Position numbers and translations under genes: made by a program. Source: Candidatus Altimarinota bacterium (lineage in GTDB: Bacteria > Patescibacteriota > Gracilibacteria > BD1-5 > UBA2023). From it: a stretch of 64,000 bases of DNA. The stretch is taken from assembly GCA_031375155.1 (NCBI GenBank), contig JANMHM010000012.1:2343-66342 (forward strand), written 5' to 3'. Shown here piece after piece: positions 20,042 through 31,517 of the stretch; the first letter of the stretch is position 1; each line of letters starts with the position of its first letter. Below the pieces are notes generated by a model that worked only from the letters and a program-made list of their open reading frames with translations, was not told the DNA's origin and did not search any database.

Positions 20042-20773
20042 ATGCGACACGCTCTCGAGATCCATCACCTTACCAAAAAAATCTGAAAGGCGATATTGCT
20101 CCAAGATATTCACTTCTTTCTCGCGAAGGGGGAAGTGTTTTGATTTCTCGGGCCCAATGGCGCTGGAAAGACCACCACGATGAAGTGTATCCTCGGTATC
20201 ATGCGACCGACATCAGGCGAAGTCAAAATTCTCTGAGGTTCTATCGATGATGCAAATATTCGCAATAAGTTAGGATTCATGCCAGAGAATACGTATCTCT
20301 ACAAGTACCTCACAGGAGATGAGTTTCTCGACTTCAATGCTTCCTTCTACCATCTCACATGAGAAAAACTCGAAAAGAGAAAGACCGAGGTTCTCGAAAA
20401 AGTCGGACTCACTCATGCTCGTGGGAAACGACTCCAGACCTACTCCAAGGGGATGCTCCAGCGTATCGGACTTGCTCAAGCGATCCTGCATGATCCAGAG
20501 GTTGTATTCCTGGATGAGCCTATGAGTGGGCTCGACCCTGTCGGTCGCAAGATGGTGAAAGACCTCATGCTGGAACTGAAGTCTCAGGGAAAAACCCTAT
20601 TTTTCAATACCCATATCCTCTCTGATGTCGAGGCGATCTGTGACCGATTTGCTATCATATCCCGCGGAGTCATCGTAGCCAATATGAGAGTATCAGAACT
20701 CGATAAGCCTATAGAAGACTTCTTCATGGAACGTATCATGAGTCATCAAGGAGAGGATTTCCGAGGAGAATAG
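20042..20773 (+). CDS. ABC transporter ATP-binding protein
   Basis: ATG lies 1 nt after the fur stop. Walker [10 protein letters not shown], signature YSKGMLQR, Walker B VVFLDEP. 4 in-frame TGA. Confidence 0.85.
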
Positions 20774-20788
20774 TGAGAACTATTCTCA
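20774..20788. promoter_or_regulatory. TGAGAACTATTCTCA operator-like palindrome upstream of dps
   Basis: Exact reverse complement of the site at 21349. TTGATT follows 7 nt downstream. Confidence 0.55.
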
Positions 20789-20894
20789 TTTAGACTTGAT
20801 TTTCTCAGTAAAATGGAAATACTGTCTTTATTATTTCTTTGTGATTTTTGCTAAAATCTATAAAAATACTACCTACCCCTAACCCCCTATTTCT

Positions 20895-21335
20895 ATGAAT
20901 ACCAAAAATCCTTCGCTCGATGTGCTGAATCATCTCATCGCTGCCTATACTATCGCTTCGCAAAATGCTCGATTTTGTCACTGGAATGTCGTCGGTCCTC
21001 ACTTCGAAGATGATCATGAGCTCTTCGGGGAACTCTATGATGAGCTCTCAGAAGAGGTAGATCTCTTTGCTGAGCGTATCCGTGCACTCAGGCTCAATCC
21101 ACTTTCTCGACTCGTCGATCTTCTCGCAGAAACCAAACTCCAGGAATACGAACTTCCTATGACGGCTCGTCAGATGCAGAAAAATATGCTCAAAGACTAC
21201 GAACATATCTCAGCTGAGATGACAAAATTCATCCAAGAGACAGATCATGATGCTGTGACCCAGGATATCATCACGGGTTCTCAGAGACAGATCGATAAGC
21301 GTGCCTGGATGATGCGGTCGATGCTCGGAGAATAA
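20895..21335 (+). CDS. dps: Dps-family DNA-protection/ferritin-like protein
   Basis: 146-aa ORF with ...HWNVVGPHFEDDHELFGELYDEL... Confidence 0.8.
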   Translation: MNTKNPSLDVLNHLIAAYTIASQNARFCHWNVVGPHFEDDHELFGELYDELSEEVDLFAERIRALRLNPLSRLVDLLAETKLQEYELPMTARQMQKNMLKDYEHISAEMTKFIQETDHDAVTQDIITGSQRQIDKRAWMMRSMLGE

Positions 21336-21348
21336 GAAATAGTTATTA

Positions 21349-21363
21349 TGAGAATAGTTCTCA
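21349..21363. promoter_or_regulatory. TGAGAATAGTTCTCA operator-like palindrome upstream of ahpC
   Basis: Palindrome 7 nt upstream of the -35 TTGATT. Confidence 0.55.
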
Positions 21364-21370
21364 TTTTGAT

Positions 21371-21398
21371 TTGATTTTACATTAGATTTTCATATACT
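21371..21398 (+). promoter_or_regulatory. Sigma70-like promoter (TTGATT-16-TATACT)
   Basis: TTGATT at 21371-21376 and TATACT at 21393-21398. Confidence 0.5.
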
Positions 21399-21418
21399 TT
21401 TTTTGTTCTATTTCTCTG

Positions 21419-21567
21419 TTTTGTCATTTCGTAGTGACCCGTCCTCCGCAGAAGCCCTGCTTCGGAGGATGGAAACGGAGAAATCCCTTTTAAAGTCATC
21501 TTATAAGAAATATATAAAAATATCTCTTGAGAGAAAAATATAGGGATGCCTACGGCATGACAAAATG
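21419..21567. mobile_element. 149-bp MITE-like element in the ahpC 5' UTR
   Basis: Terminal inverted repeats TTTTGTCATTTCGTAG (21419) and CTACGGCATGACAAAA (21552-21567). 14 of 16 positions match after reverse-complementing. Confidence 0.55.
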
Positions 21568-21639
21568 GTACCTGCCCAATAACTAATTACTATTTTCTAA
21601 TCTACTACTTTTATGTCTTGCTGACACGACCACGAATAC

Positions 21640-22233
21640 ATGTTCGAACAGGTAAAAATCGATACTCCTGCACCAAATTTCGACCTTCCTGCCTATGACC
21701 CGGTGAAAGATGACACTACCAATGTCTCTCTCGCTGATCAGAAAGGGAAGTGGACAGTACTCTTCTACTATCCTGCTGACTTCACTTTCGTCTGTCCGAC
21801 AGAACTCAAGGATATGGCAGATGCGAAGGCAGAGTTCGACGCACTCGCAGTCGATGTCCTCGCGGTCTCGACTGATACCGTCTTCTCTCATCGTGCATGG
21901 GTGAAGCACGAGGGGCTTATGAAAAATTTCCCATACCTCATGCTCGCGGATCATAGTACAGAGGTCGCCGACTCGTATAATATCCTCGACGAGAAGTCTG
22001 GGATCGCTGGACGAGGAACATTTATCATCGATCCTGAGGGAGTCTGCCGTGGTATCGAAGTGACCTCTGGTCCACTCGGCCGCAATAGTGAAGAGCTCCT
22101 TCGCAAGATCGAAGCCCTCCAGTTCATGACGGCTCATCCTGGGACTGCATGTCCTGCGAAGTGGAAAGCTGGTGCGAAGACCCTTACTCCATCGATCAAG
22201 ATCGCGGGGGAGGTCGAAGGACAACTACGGTAG
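21640..22233 (+). CDS. ahpC: 2-Cys peroxiredoxin (AhpC/Prx1 type)
   Basis: FTFVCPTE peroxidatic motif and a C-terminal ACPAKW. Confidence 0.9.
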   Translation: MFEQVKIDTPAPNFDLPAYDPVKDDTTNVSLADQKGKWTVLFYYPADFTFVCPTELKDMADAKAEFDALAVDVLAVSTDTVFSHRAWVKHEGLMKNFPYLMLADHSTEVADSYNILDEKSGIAGRGTFIIDPEGVCRGIEVTSGPLGRNSEELLRKIEALQFMTAHPGTACPAKWKAGAKTLTPSIKIAGEVEGQLR

Positions 22234-22246
22234 TATTTCAATTTCT

Positions 22247-22280
22247 AAAAAATCCTCTTTCACCTGAGAGAGGATTTTTT
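22247..22280. terminator. Rho-independent terminator
   Basis: AAAAAATCCTCT-TTCACCTG-AGAGGATTTTTT. Confidence 0.7.
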
Positions 22281-22296
22281 AATAGTATTGAGAAAC

Positions 22297-22698
22297 TTAT
22301 TGTCGAGTCTCTTTCTTATCCATACTGAGCATAACTGCTCGTAACAGAGCATTATGCGAAGCAATACTTCTTTCAGAATCTTTCCCAAGCATATGTTTCA
22401 CATTTTCTAGACTAAATCATGACTTATCCAGCGTTTCTTTATTAATATTTGTATTATAGGTGTCGTCCGCATTAAATATGAGAGGACGAAGCTGGTCTCC
22501 CATTGCTTCGATAACATCACCAAGCACAGCACTTTCTTTGGTTAAAGGAAGAACGAAAGCTCGTAGCAGATAGTCGTCGAGCGCTATGAGATATGATGCA
22601 TAATTACCAGATTTTTCTCATTCCATCCAGAGTTCCTCTACTTTTCCAAATTCGTTACGGCTTTTCTCAGGGGTATTGACTCATATTGCTTCAGACAT
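22297..22698 (-). CDS. Hypothetical 133-aa protein (not in the standard-code ORF track)
   Basis: ATG (reverse complement) at 22696-22698 to TAA at 22297. 3 in-frame TGA and no TAA/TAG over 134 codons. Confidence 0.5.
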
Positions 22699-22915
22699 AA
22701 GTAGGTTATATTAAGAAATATGTAGATATTATATTTTAAATACTTAATTTGTCAATTAATTAATTCACCCTTTTCTTATTTGATTATCTCTTTGTCTTAC
22801 TTTTGTCTTTTCATAGAGAAGAATATTTTTTATACTATCGTAAGAAGTCTACTATTTCTGATAAATAATCGAAAATGGTCTTCCTTCATTTTTTTATATT
22901 CTTAACCATACATAT

Positions 22916-23161
22916 ATGGTCACTCAAGAGACAGTTGCAATTCGGGATGGCGATTCAGGAACGAATAGCATCCTTATAATTCTTATAGTTCTTATCATTG
23001 TAGGACTCGGGATTTGGTGGTATTCGGTAAATGGAGGGAATCTGTCCAAATCACCATGAAGTTCTAACTATAATATAGATGTAAAACTCCCAACTACTCC
23101 GAATCCTACACCAGCACCGGCTTCCCCAAGCCCTACACCTGCTCCCACTACGAATCCGTAA
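22916..23161 (+). CDS. Small single-pass membrane protein with Pro/Thr-rich tail
   Basis: ATG 22916 to TAA 23159 with one TGA. TM segment ILIILIVLIIVGLGIWWY. Confidence 0.45.
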
Positions 23162-23207
23162 TTGATACAGCATTATAGAGGCTTTTACCTTATGGGCAAA
23201 AGACAAC

Positions 23208-23245
23208 AAAAACCTCCTGAAGCTTCAGGGGGTTTTTGTTTTTTG
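23208..23245. terminator. Rho-independent terminator
   Basis: AAAAACCTCCTGAAGCTTCAGGGGGTTTTTGTTTTTT. Confidence 0.7.
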
Positions 23246-23397
23246 ACATTTCCCGACTTTTCTATACTATCTCCTCACATTTTCGTATGAGTTCTTACGA
23301 GCTCTCGTATTTCTTATTGTCGAAATACGAGATTTTCGCGAAGTGAGAAAGCCAAGAACGTTATGACTTCGAAGCCCTCATATATAACCCCTTTTCC

Positions 23398-25854
23398 ATG
23401 ACTCCTCCAGCAAATCAAGATGACTACTACGCTCAGGTAAAAGCCGCAGGTGCATCTGGTACCGATGATAAAAAACCACTCAAACTCAAGCTCAAGGCTG
23501 TCGTGAAAAAACCGATAGAAGAAGAAATTCCACAAAAAGAGGAAGATATTTCCCCGCGTGAAGTCGTACAAGAGGAACGTCCGAAAGCACGTCTCGTGGA
23601 GCGTGAGCATGCGAGCTCTGGACTCATGCGAAGCGTGATGAAAGGAGGTGATGATAAAAAATGAGACCAGAGAGATAGTCGAGAGAGAAGTACATTTCCG
23701 AAGATATCTTTCGCGAAAGCAGAACACAAGGTAAAAATCCTCGAAAATCGTCCTGTCATGCAAATTCCGGATGAAGTCCCGAAGAGGCGCACTGACGGAA
23801 CTGCTCCAGTCGGTGCAGGAGCAAAACGTCTTCGCGATGACTCGAAGCCAATGTTCCAGAGAAATATCGCCTTTGCAACACCGCAGAAAGATGGTACCGC
23901 GAAAAAATGAGGAAAATGAAAGTGAGGAAAGGACTATGTCATGGAAGATGGAAAGAGAAAAAGTGTGAAGACGATCGGAGGAGTGGCAGACGATGGATCA
24001 TTTCGCCGATCAGGAAAACTCGGAAAGAAAAAGTGAGAAAAAAATATCGAAGATCTCAAACAAATTCTCGTCGACCGTACGGGACAAGAGGTCTCTGTCG
24101 GTGATGTGATATCCGTGAAAGAGTTCTCAGATAAGATCGGTATACCAGCGGTGAAGGTGATCGGAGAGCTCATGAAAAACGGAGTCCTCGTCAATCTCAA
24201 TGCTCCTATCGACTATGATACGTGTTTCCTTATCGGAGAAGCATTTGGTATCAAGATCACCAAAGAAATCTCAGAAAATGCATCAGTATCAGACCTCATG
24301 GATGGGAACATCGACGAGATGATAAAAGAAGAAGATAGCTCCCGCCTCGTCTCTCGCTCACCGATCATCTCCGTCATGGGACACGTCGACCATGGAAAGA
24401 CCTCGATCCTCGACTACATCCGGAAGGCATCGGTCGTATCAGGAGAAGCATGAGGTATCACTCAGAAGATCGGAGCGTATCAGGTCGAGAAAAATGGAGG
24501 GAAGATCACCTTTCTCGATACTCCAGGACATGAGGCCTTCACTATCATGCGAGCTCGCGGAGCCAAACTCACAGATATTGCTGTCATCGTCATCGCCGCA
24601 GACGAGGGGATGAAACCACAGACCATAGAGTCGATCAACCACGCGAAAGCTGCAGAAGTCCCGATGATCATCGCGATCAATAAGATGGACAAGCCAGGAG
24701 CTAATATCGACCTCATCAAATGACAAATGGCAGAGCAAGGACTCCAGCCAGAAGATTGGGGAGGCAATACCGTCGTCGTACCTGTCTCAGCGCATACAGG
24801 ACTCGGTATGGACTCTCTCCTCGAGATGATCCTCCTCCAGGCTGAGATGCTCGAACTGCGAGCCAATCCTGACCGTGGTGCTATCGCAACGGTCGTCGAA
24901 GCGCATCTCGATCAGAAGCTCGGATCGGTCGCTACTATCCTAATCAACACGGGAACTATTCGCAAAACAGACAACATCGTCTGTGCAGGAGCATATGGAA
25001 AAGTCCGTACACTGAAAGACTACAAGGGGAAAAATATCGACTCAGCAGGTCCAGGAGTACCAGTGCAGATCACGGGTCTCTCTGATGTCGTCCAGGGTGG
25101 AGATATCCTCCAGGTCCTCTCGACTCCAGAGCTCGCGACGACTCGTGCGAAGGAGTACTCTCTCGCGAAAAATAAAAAATCGATCCACGCCTTCGAATGA
25201 GCCTCTCTCGGTATGCTCATGAGTCGACTGAAGTCTGGAGCCCTCAAACAGCTCAAGATCGTCCTCAAGACGGATACCGGAGGATCACTCGAAGCGCTCA
25301 AGGCTTCTCTCACGAAGCTCTCGACTCCTGAGACACAAGTCGTGTTTATCCACTCGGCAGTCGGAGATGTGAACCAGTCTGATGTCATGATGGCAGGGAC
25401 TTCACAGGCGCTCCTCATCGCGTACAATGTCGGAGTCAATCCTGCTGCGAAGTCAGCACTGTCTCAGTCGAAAATAGAATTTATCGATAAAAAAGTCATC
25501 TATCACGTCATCGAGAAAGTCGAATCTATCATCACCGGTATGATCGACATCCGCTACGAAGACCTCGAGCTCGGTGCGTCTCTCGTGAAAGCGATCTTCT
25601 TCACTGGCAAGAACAACTCTATGATGATCGTCGGTATGGGAGTCACTTCAGGAAAGATCGAGAACCGAGCAAAAGTCCGTGTCATCCGCGCAGGGTCCAA
25701 GGTCGGAAGTGGTGAAGTCGTGAATCTGAAGATGGGTCCACTCGATGTGAACGAAGTCGAAGAAGGAAATGACTGTGGTATCAACTTCAAGGGAGACGTG
25801 CAGATCATGGAAGGTGATGTGCTCGAGTTCTATAAGATGGTACAGAGGAAATAG
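23398..25854 (+). CDS. infB: Translation initiation factor IF-2
   Basis: Fragments 23398, 24106, 24727 and 25213 are all in one frame joined by TGA. Motifs [25 protein letters not shown] and NKMD. Confidence 0.95.
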
Positions 25855-25879
25855 AGATTAAATCTAACCCCTACTAAAT

Positions 25880-27202
25880 ATGACTAAATATTTCATTATT
25901 TTCATTACATGTTTTTTTCTATTTGCTTGCTCAAATAAGGATATTCTTATAGATCAAGATTCTCATACTTCCTCATGAAAAGAGATGAATATATCTAGTA
26001 CGTGAACTATATCAGGAGAAATTTTGATAAAACGTATTATCCCAGTGGGAACAGATATTGAATATGATAACATATTTGAGCAGTTTGATGATGTAGCACA
26101 AAAATACCAAGATGCTCGTGAGAGACAGGATTATACGTTTTCGAGACAAAAACAGGATGCAGATATTATAGAAAAAAATAAAAATACCTTTATACGACTT
26201 TTTCAAGAAAATAAACTGCCTATTCTACATACTCTAAAAATAGGAGATAAAAAAGTATTTATATCAGCGCCATATGGTAATCATCCAGTAGAAATGTATC
26301 CAGAATGATATGTTTCTTGTTGATTTTACTTTAGTCCGTGAGGATCTTCCACGCATAACATCTGTATGGCATTTACAGATTCAATCGATACAAAACTCAC
26401 TACAGAAATGGTGTTTAGTAGTAGTAACGTAAATTATAATATAATTGCTACGGGCTCTTTCTTTATAAACCATTACTCAGATGGTGATATGTGTGCGAGC
26501 TGAGGTAATTACGCATTATTCGATGAAAATCTAGTAACCATAAGAAACTTAAATTATGTTAACAGTTCATGTAATTTTGTGAGGACATCCTTTTCAAAAA
26601 ATGGATATACTATAGAGTTTCTCGATTCTCACGCAGAAAATCCTTTCGCGACCAGCTCATGAGTCTATATTCCTCGCGCTTCCCATATGAGGATACTCAG
26701 TGGTAGTTTATTCACGGAAAGAGTACTCTATGAGTATGTCTCTCATAGAGTTTGATTCACTTTTGATCCTATAGAGAATACTTTGAATGGTGACACTTTT
26801 GATTTTACTTTTTGATGAAAAAACTTTTCCCTTACTAGAAAAGATATAGAATCTTTCGCGCCATCTTTTATTACCGATGCAAACAAACTTCGTTATCAAT
26901 TTACTCTTTCGGGAGAAGAATGAATTGATGAGGAAATATATGGTCGCTTAATGTGATCTATAACAACCCCAGAAAATAATCGTTATTATGATATTATTTC
27001 GAATATTTCTGTACTATCCTGCCAAAAGAACTCATCACAATACGACGATGAGCCTTATACGCTCTTAACTTATACATGAGGTGAAGTATTTCGATATAAA
27101 ATTGATACAAAATTTTGAAATAAGTGTCCTATTCCATATAATTTTTCTTTTAAAAGTAGTTCGGGAAATACATTTAATACAGCAGTAAAAATAGTCAGAT
27201 AA
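25880..27202 (+). CDS. Hypothetical lipoprotein (440 aa)
   Basis: Lipobox MTKYFIIFITCFFLFAC. I checked frame 2 line by line to TAA 27200. About 16 in-frame TGA. Confidence 0.65.
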
Positions 27203-27317
27203 TTATAGACAGATAAACTTGCATGAAATATGTAATTTATGATATAAAAAGTTTGATTTCTCGGAAAATCTGATATAATAATCTCGTCTTCCAAGATAAA
27301 GGAAATATATCTCCTTT

Positions 27318-27350
27318 GAAAAATCCCTCTGTCACGAGGGATTTTTCTTT
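27318..27350. terminator. Rho-independent terminator
   Basis: GAAAAATCCCTC-TGTCAC-GAGGGATTTTTCTTT. Confidence 0.6.
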
Positions 27351-27560
27351 GTTGATCTTAGCGTTTCCGCTTCACAACTCGCTCATAGATACCAGATATT
27401 TCTATCCGTATCAAGCGATGCTTCCAGTAGGGAAGTTCCAAGATAAACTTCTTCATAAGAAGAAATGGTTAGGAGATATATCTCCTTGCTCCTTCTGGAA
27501 GCAAGGAGCTTCGAAATTATATATTTTTCTTCGAAAAATCAACTTTACCAAAATACATCA

Positions 27561-27607
27561 TTCTGACCACAAAATTTGCTCACACTTTTCCCTTCAGGAA
27601 GCCATAG
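27561..27607 (+). repeat. 47-bp direct repeat, copy 1
   Basis: TTCTGACCACAAAATTTGCTCACACTTTTCCCTTCAGGAAGCCATAG, identical to 31718-31764. Confidence 0.9.
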
Positions 27608-27626
27608 CATACAAGTATCTAGTGTT

Positions 27627-27669
27627 CCTGTCATTTCGAGCGGAGATGATAAGTGAAGTCGAGAAATCC
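27627..27669. repeat. Hairpin repeat unit CCTGTCATTTCGAG...GTCGAGAAATCC
   Basis: Same termini family as the copies at 173, 18549 and 55708. Confidence 0.6.
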
Positions 27670-27731
27670 TTCTCTCAAAAAACTCCTCTTTCCTCGGTTT
27701 ATTATTTTAACTGCTCGAGTCAATAGTTAGT

Positions 27732-28991
27732 TTAGGGTGCGTTTTTTATCACGAGCTCTATGGCAGATATATAATCTTCTATAAAACTGTTTTCAAATAA
27801 GTCTAAAGATTGTGCCTCAGACACATAAATCTCTATAACTCCTATAGGATTTTCAGCTCTACCAAGAGGTATAATCATCACGCCATATATATTGTGATGA
27901 GACTTGATAGATGAAAATTGTTCGAATTCACCATGTTTTTCAGGCTCAACTATTTTGATACTTTTCCCTTGGTTGATAGTATATTCTGTAGCGCTTCCAC
28001 TATATTTTTTCTTTGTGCCAGTAGGGAGTATTTGTATTTTTCCCATAGCACCATCGAGAGTCATATTTCATTTCGTATCGCACTTCCAGAGCTGTACGAG
28101 TTCACTATCTGAGATAAAAAGGATCGATCGAAGAATGAAGTCATAAAAATTCATACGAGACCAGTACTGCCCTCGTCAGAACTTTATAATATCCTGTATA
28201 TAGTCAAGCTGTCTTTGTAGCAGTCCTATCTGAGTATAGGCATCGCGTATCTTCACACAGTGCTTATCAATTTGCTCTTCGATCTTGATCTGTCTAGTGA
28301 TATCTCGACCGATGAATAGGTATTCATGATCCTCCTCGTCTGTACTCATAGATGTGATAGCTCCAGAAATCATGAGAGCATTCCCAGTCTTATCTACAGC
28401 ATGAAATCGTATCTGACTGAAGTTATCTATGGGATGTGTGAAATTTTCGAGAGATTCTTCTGGAAATAGCAAGCTAATACCAGAAGCCTCTAGTTCAGAG
28501 AGTTTATATCAGAAGATTGTTTTTGCACCCTTATTCCATGAGGTTATTTTTCCATTTTGGGAATAAGAAAAAATACAATCACTTGCCATACCGACAGCTT
28601 GTGATATGGCTTTTTCTTTTTTCTGGAGTTTTTTATATTCCCTGAGATCTGTCATAATCCCTACAGTTCACCCTCCTGGTATAGGTGACCCGCTTAGAAG
28701 TACAGGTATCTTCTTTCTTGACTTACTAAGTAATATGCCCTCATAGTTCGATCTGACTCATTGCTTTCTTTTCGTGGTGTTTGTATTTCGTACTGTTGTA
28801 GCACTCTCTTTATCCCAGAAATCATATGACTCTCTTCCTATCATCTCATCGAGAGTATACTCCATAATTTCACAGAATTTCGGATTTGCAAAGATGGTTC
28901 GTTCGTGCTCATCTCATACCCACACTGCTTCATTCATCGTATCGATGAGATCACGGAAAAAATGTTCAGGAACTTTTTCTAAATGAGGCAT
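27732..28991 (-). CDS. PAS-PAS-GAF sensor protein with no recognisable output domain
   Basis: ATG (reverse complement) at 28989-28991 to TAA at 27732, one frame through about 7 TGA. PAS-like LIDTMNEAVWVGDEHERTIFANPKFCEIMEYTLDEMIG and AVGMASDCIFSYSQNGKITSWNKGAKTIFGY. GAF-like C-terminus. Confidence 0.65.
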
Positions 28992-29048
28992 AATATAATG
29001 ATATGTGAAGATACTCTATGGAAAAATGCGAAGAAGTAAAAAGTTTTC

Positions 29049-31517
29049 TTACCCTCATTTCATTCGGAGAGTTTCTGGCTTCCTCCGCCCCTTTCATCAT
29101 ACTTGTGAGCGTTCGAGGGGAGCCTCAAGTATAGCCATCGCACTCTTAAGAGGAAGCAATTTTCCATCATGGGCCTTTATGCTACGATCAACAAGCCTCT
29201 GGATATGTGCTGTGATCTTGGCTATATCTGGAGGAGACTGGGCATTTTTTACAGAGAGATGGACGAGTATTCGTACGATCATACTCGCACTTCAGAGCGA
29301 CCCATGGATACTCTCATCTATGATCTCATGTACTCTACTATCGAAGTTCTCTGGACCTATCTGGTCACGTACATACTGTCGAGCTTGATTGCGTCGATGG
29401 TACTGGTATCATGCCAGTACACCATTTCTTGTAGTTACAGTATTACGTTGCTTATTGATATGAGCTTTCTTAGAGTCTTTCTCTATCTCGGTGAGAGAGT
29501 ATCATGGTGTGAGCTCTGCACGCAAAAAATCGGCTACACGGAGATCTCTCTCTTCATCATGAGATTTCTTATAGATGACTATCGATATGACTTCATATTC
29601 GAGATTGCATACTATCCAGAGCTGAAATGATGAGTCCTCTAGTAACTCGAGCTTATCTGAGTCCAGGCGAAGCACTCGAGTATATGACTGACGTATGCCA
29701 TCACTGATGTAGACTCATCAAGCTTTAAGTGTTTTTGCGGTATCGGAGAGTCACTGGTAAAAATCAGCATCATCTTGATGTGAGGTGGATCGTTTTGAAA
29801 CGATCATATCGAAGCTATCATTTTTGTATATTTGCGGTATATCACGGAAATCTCACCAGGTAAAATGAAAAGGATAACCTCCATAAGGAAGAAGTTCTGT
29901 AATATTTACATTTCCGAAAGCACGCACAAACTCATTACTATTCAAGATTATTGCATCTGCACCTTGATTCTCCCTTAAGAGTGCATCCATAAAATCTCTA
30001 TCAGCATCTCACTCGAATTCACCATGTGTATCTATACGGAGAGGTTTTGTATTGAGACTCATCTTTTTACACGCCGAGTTGATCTTTCTTACGATATCCA
30101 TGATCGTGGGTGGATCGAGAGACATATTCGTCGGGCGAACGTCGATACTCCCATACTGGTTGGCATTATCGTGGCGATACTTCTGACGAAGCGCATCTAT
30201 GATATGATATGCTATATACTCTCGCAGATAGTTTTTTCACTTTATTTTCGGTATTATTTCTCCTATTTTTACTGAAAATACCCGTACCATATCTATGTAG
30301 AGATTATCACCGATTCATTCTACGTGGCACTGAGGAAAAGTTTCTCAGGCAAGGGCTGATTGGTTATTCCCAGATCATTTTACGAGTATTTTTATAGAAT
30401 CTGTACTTTCAGTATGATTATCAAGAAAACTTTGTAGACCATTCGGAATAAAACCGAGCGATTTATCGAGCTTCCCACTTCATACAGACCAGTCTGGAGC
30501 CAGGTTTGGCGTGAGAAATCCAGCATCATTGAGCGCCTGTATACATGTGGATGTCAGATTTCTATTATCAATATTTTCGAGCCATTTCTGATACTGAGCT
30601 GGCGTATCTATATTATCTTGTTGAAGTTTCATATACCACTCTAGAAACCCTACAGTATTCATGATATCCATATGCGTGAGAACTTGTCATTGCTCTCTTT
30701 TTGTACGTTTCCTCGGGAGTGTTCTCGCCTTTCGAAACGGTATAGCATCCTCTTCACTCTTGTCGATTCTTGGATTCCTGCTTTTATGTAGATCACCAGC
30801 TACATATACTCTCTCTCAATCCGGTGTAGAGATTTCCTGACCAGAAAATCCGAGCGTCATATGGAGGAATGCTTTATGAGTATCTTTTCCTATGGGGAAG
30901 GCTATCTCGTTACCATGCCTCATGTGTTGTGTTCATCCTGGAGTATGTAGTGATGTCGGAACGAAGATGCACATACCTGGCAATTCTGCAGCTCCACTAT
31001 CATCCCCCGTGATACTTACTACTCCTGTTTGCGCCTTGATTCCAGAAAAATCTAGGTGATATCATTTGTACTTCTGGTTTATTGTTTCTATCTGTGCCGT
31101 TATAAGAGAGTCAGTCGTGAGGCCATAGTCTACCATACTTGTCGCATTGACGCATGTCACTGTATACTGTATCTTTGGATTATTCTCTAACGATACTCGA
31201 ACGAGAGTATTGGTAAACATATCTTTTAGCTCGTCATCAGTCATGCTGCATATTTCTAGTGGTCGATACTGTTTACCAACATTCTTATGTAACATCAGAG
31301 TTATTACTGCAAGTGCGTACTCTTCAGGAATCACCATTCCTATATAGGGCGTGCCAGTATTATTTTTCCACTTCTTGCTTCGCAGGCGCTCTACCCGGAG
31401 TGGAAGTGGTTTATTTATGATTGCAAGAAGTTGTCATTCAGATTGATACTTCTGAGAGAACGTCTCTATTTTGCTTTCGACTACTTGTCTTACTTGAGTA
31501 CGGCGTTCGGACAACAT
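29049..31517 (-). CDS. Large orphan protein (about 822 aa) with a C-terminal Rossmann/SAM-methyltransferase-like region
   Basis: I traced a single minus frame codon by codon from ATG 31515-31517 (alternative 31569-31571) to TAA at 29049, with many TGA. It links ORFs 31062-31337, 30480-30671 and 29097-29282. ...FDMIVSKRSTSH...LKAGGVYISD is methyltransferase-like. Confidence 0.6.

Noticed and set aside
21583-22224. 213-aa ORF on the minus strand.
   Set aside because: It is the antisense shadow of the clearly identifiable peroxiredoxin gene on the plus strand.
23771-24104. Short plus-strand ORFs 23771-23968 and 23907-24104 within the infB region.
   Set aside because: They are out of frame relative to the continuous IF-2 reading frame (frame 1), which runs from 23398 to 25854 through several UGA codons.
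27316-27726. 136-aa plus-strand ORF.
   Set aside because: It spans a terminator hairpin, perfect palindromes, the 47-bp repeat and a hairpin-family unit, so it is most likely non-coding.
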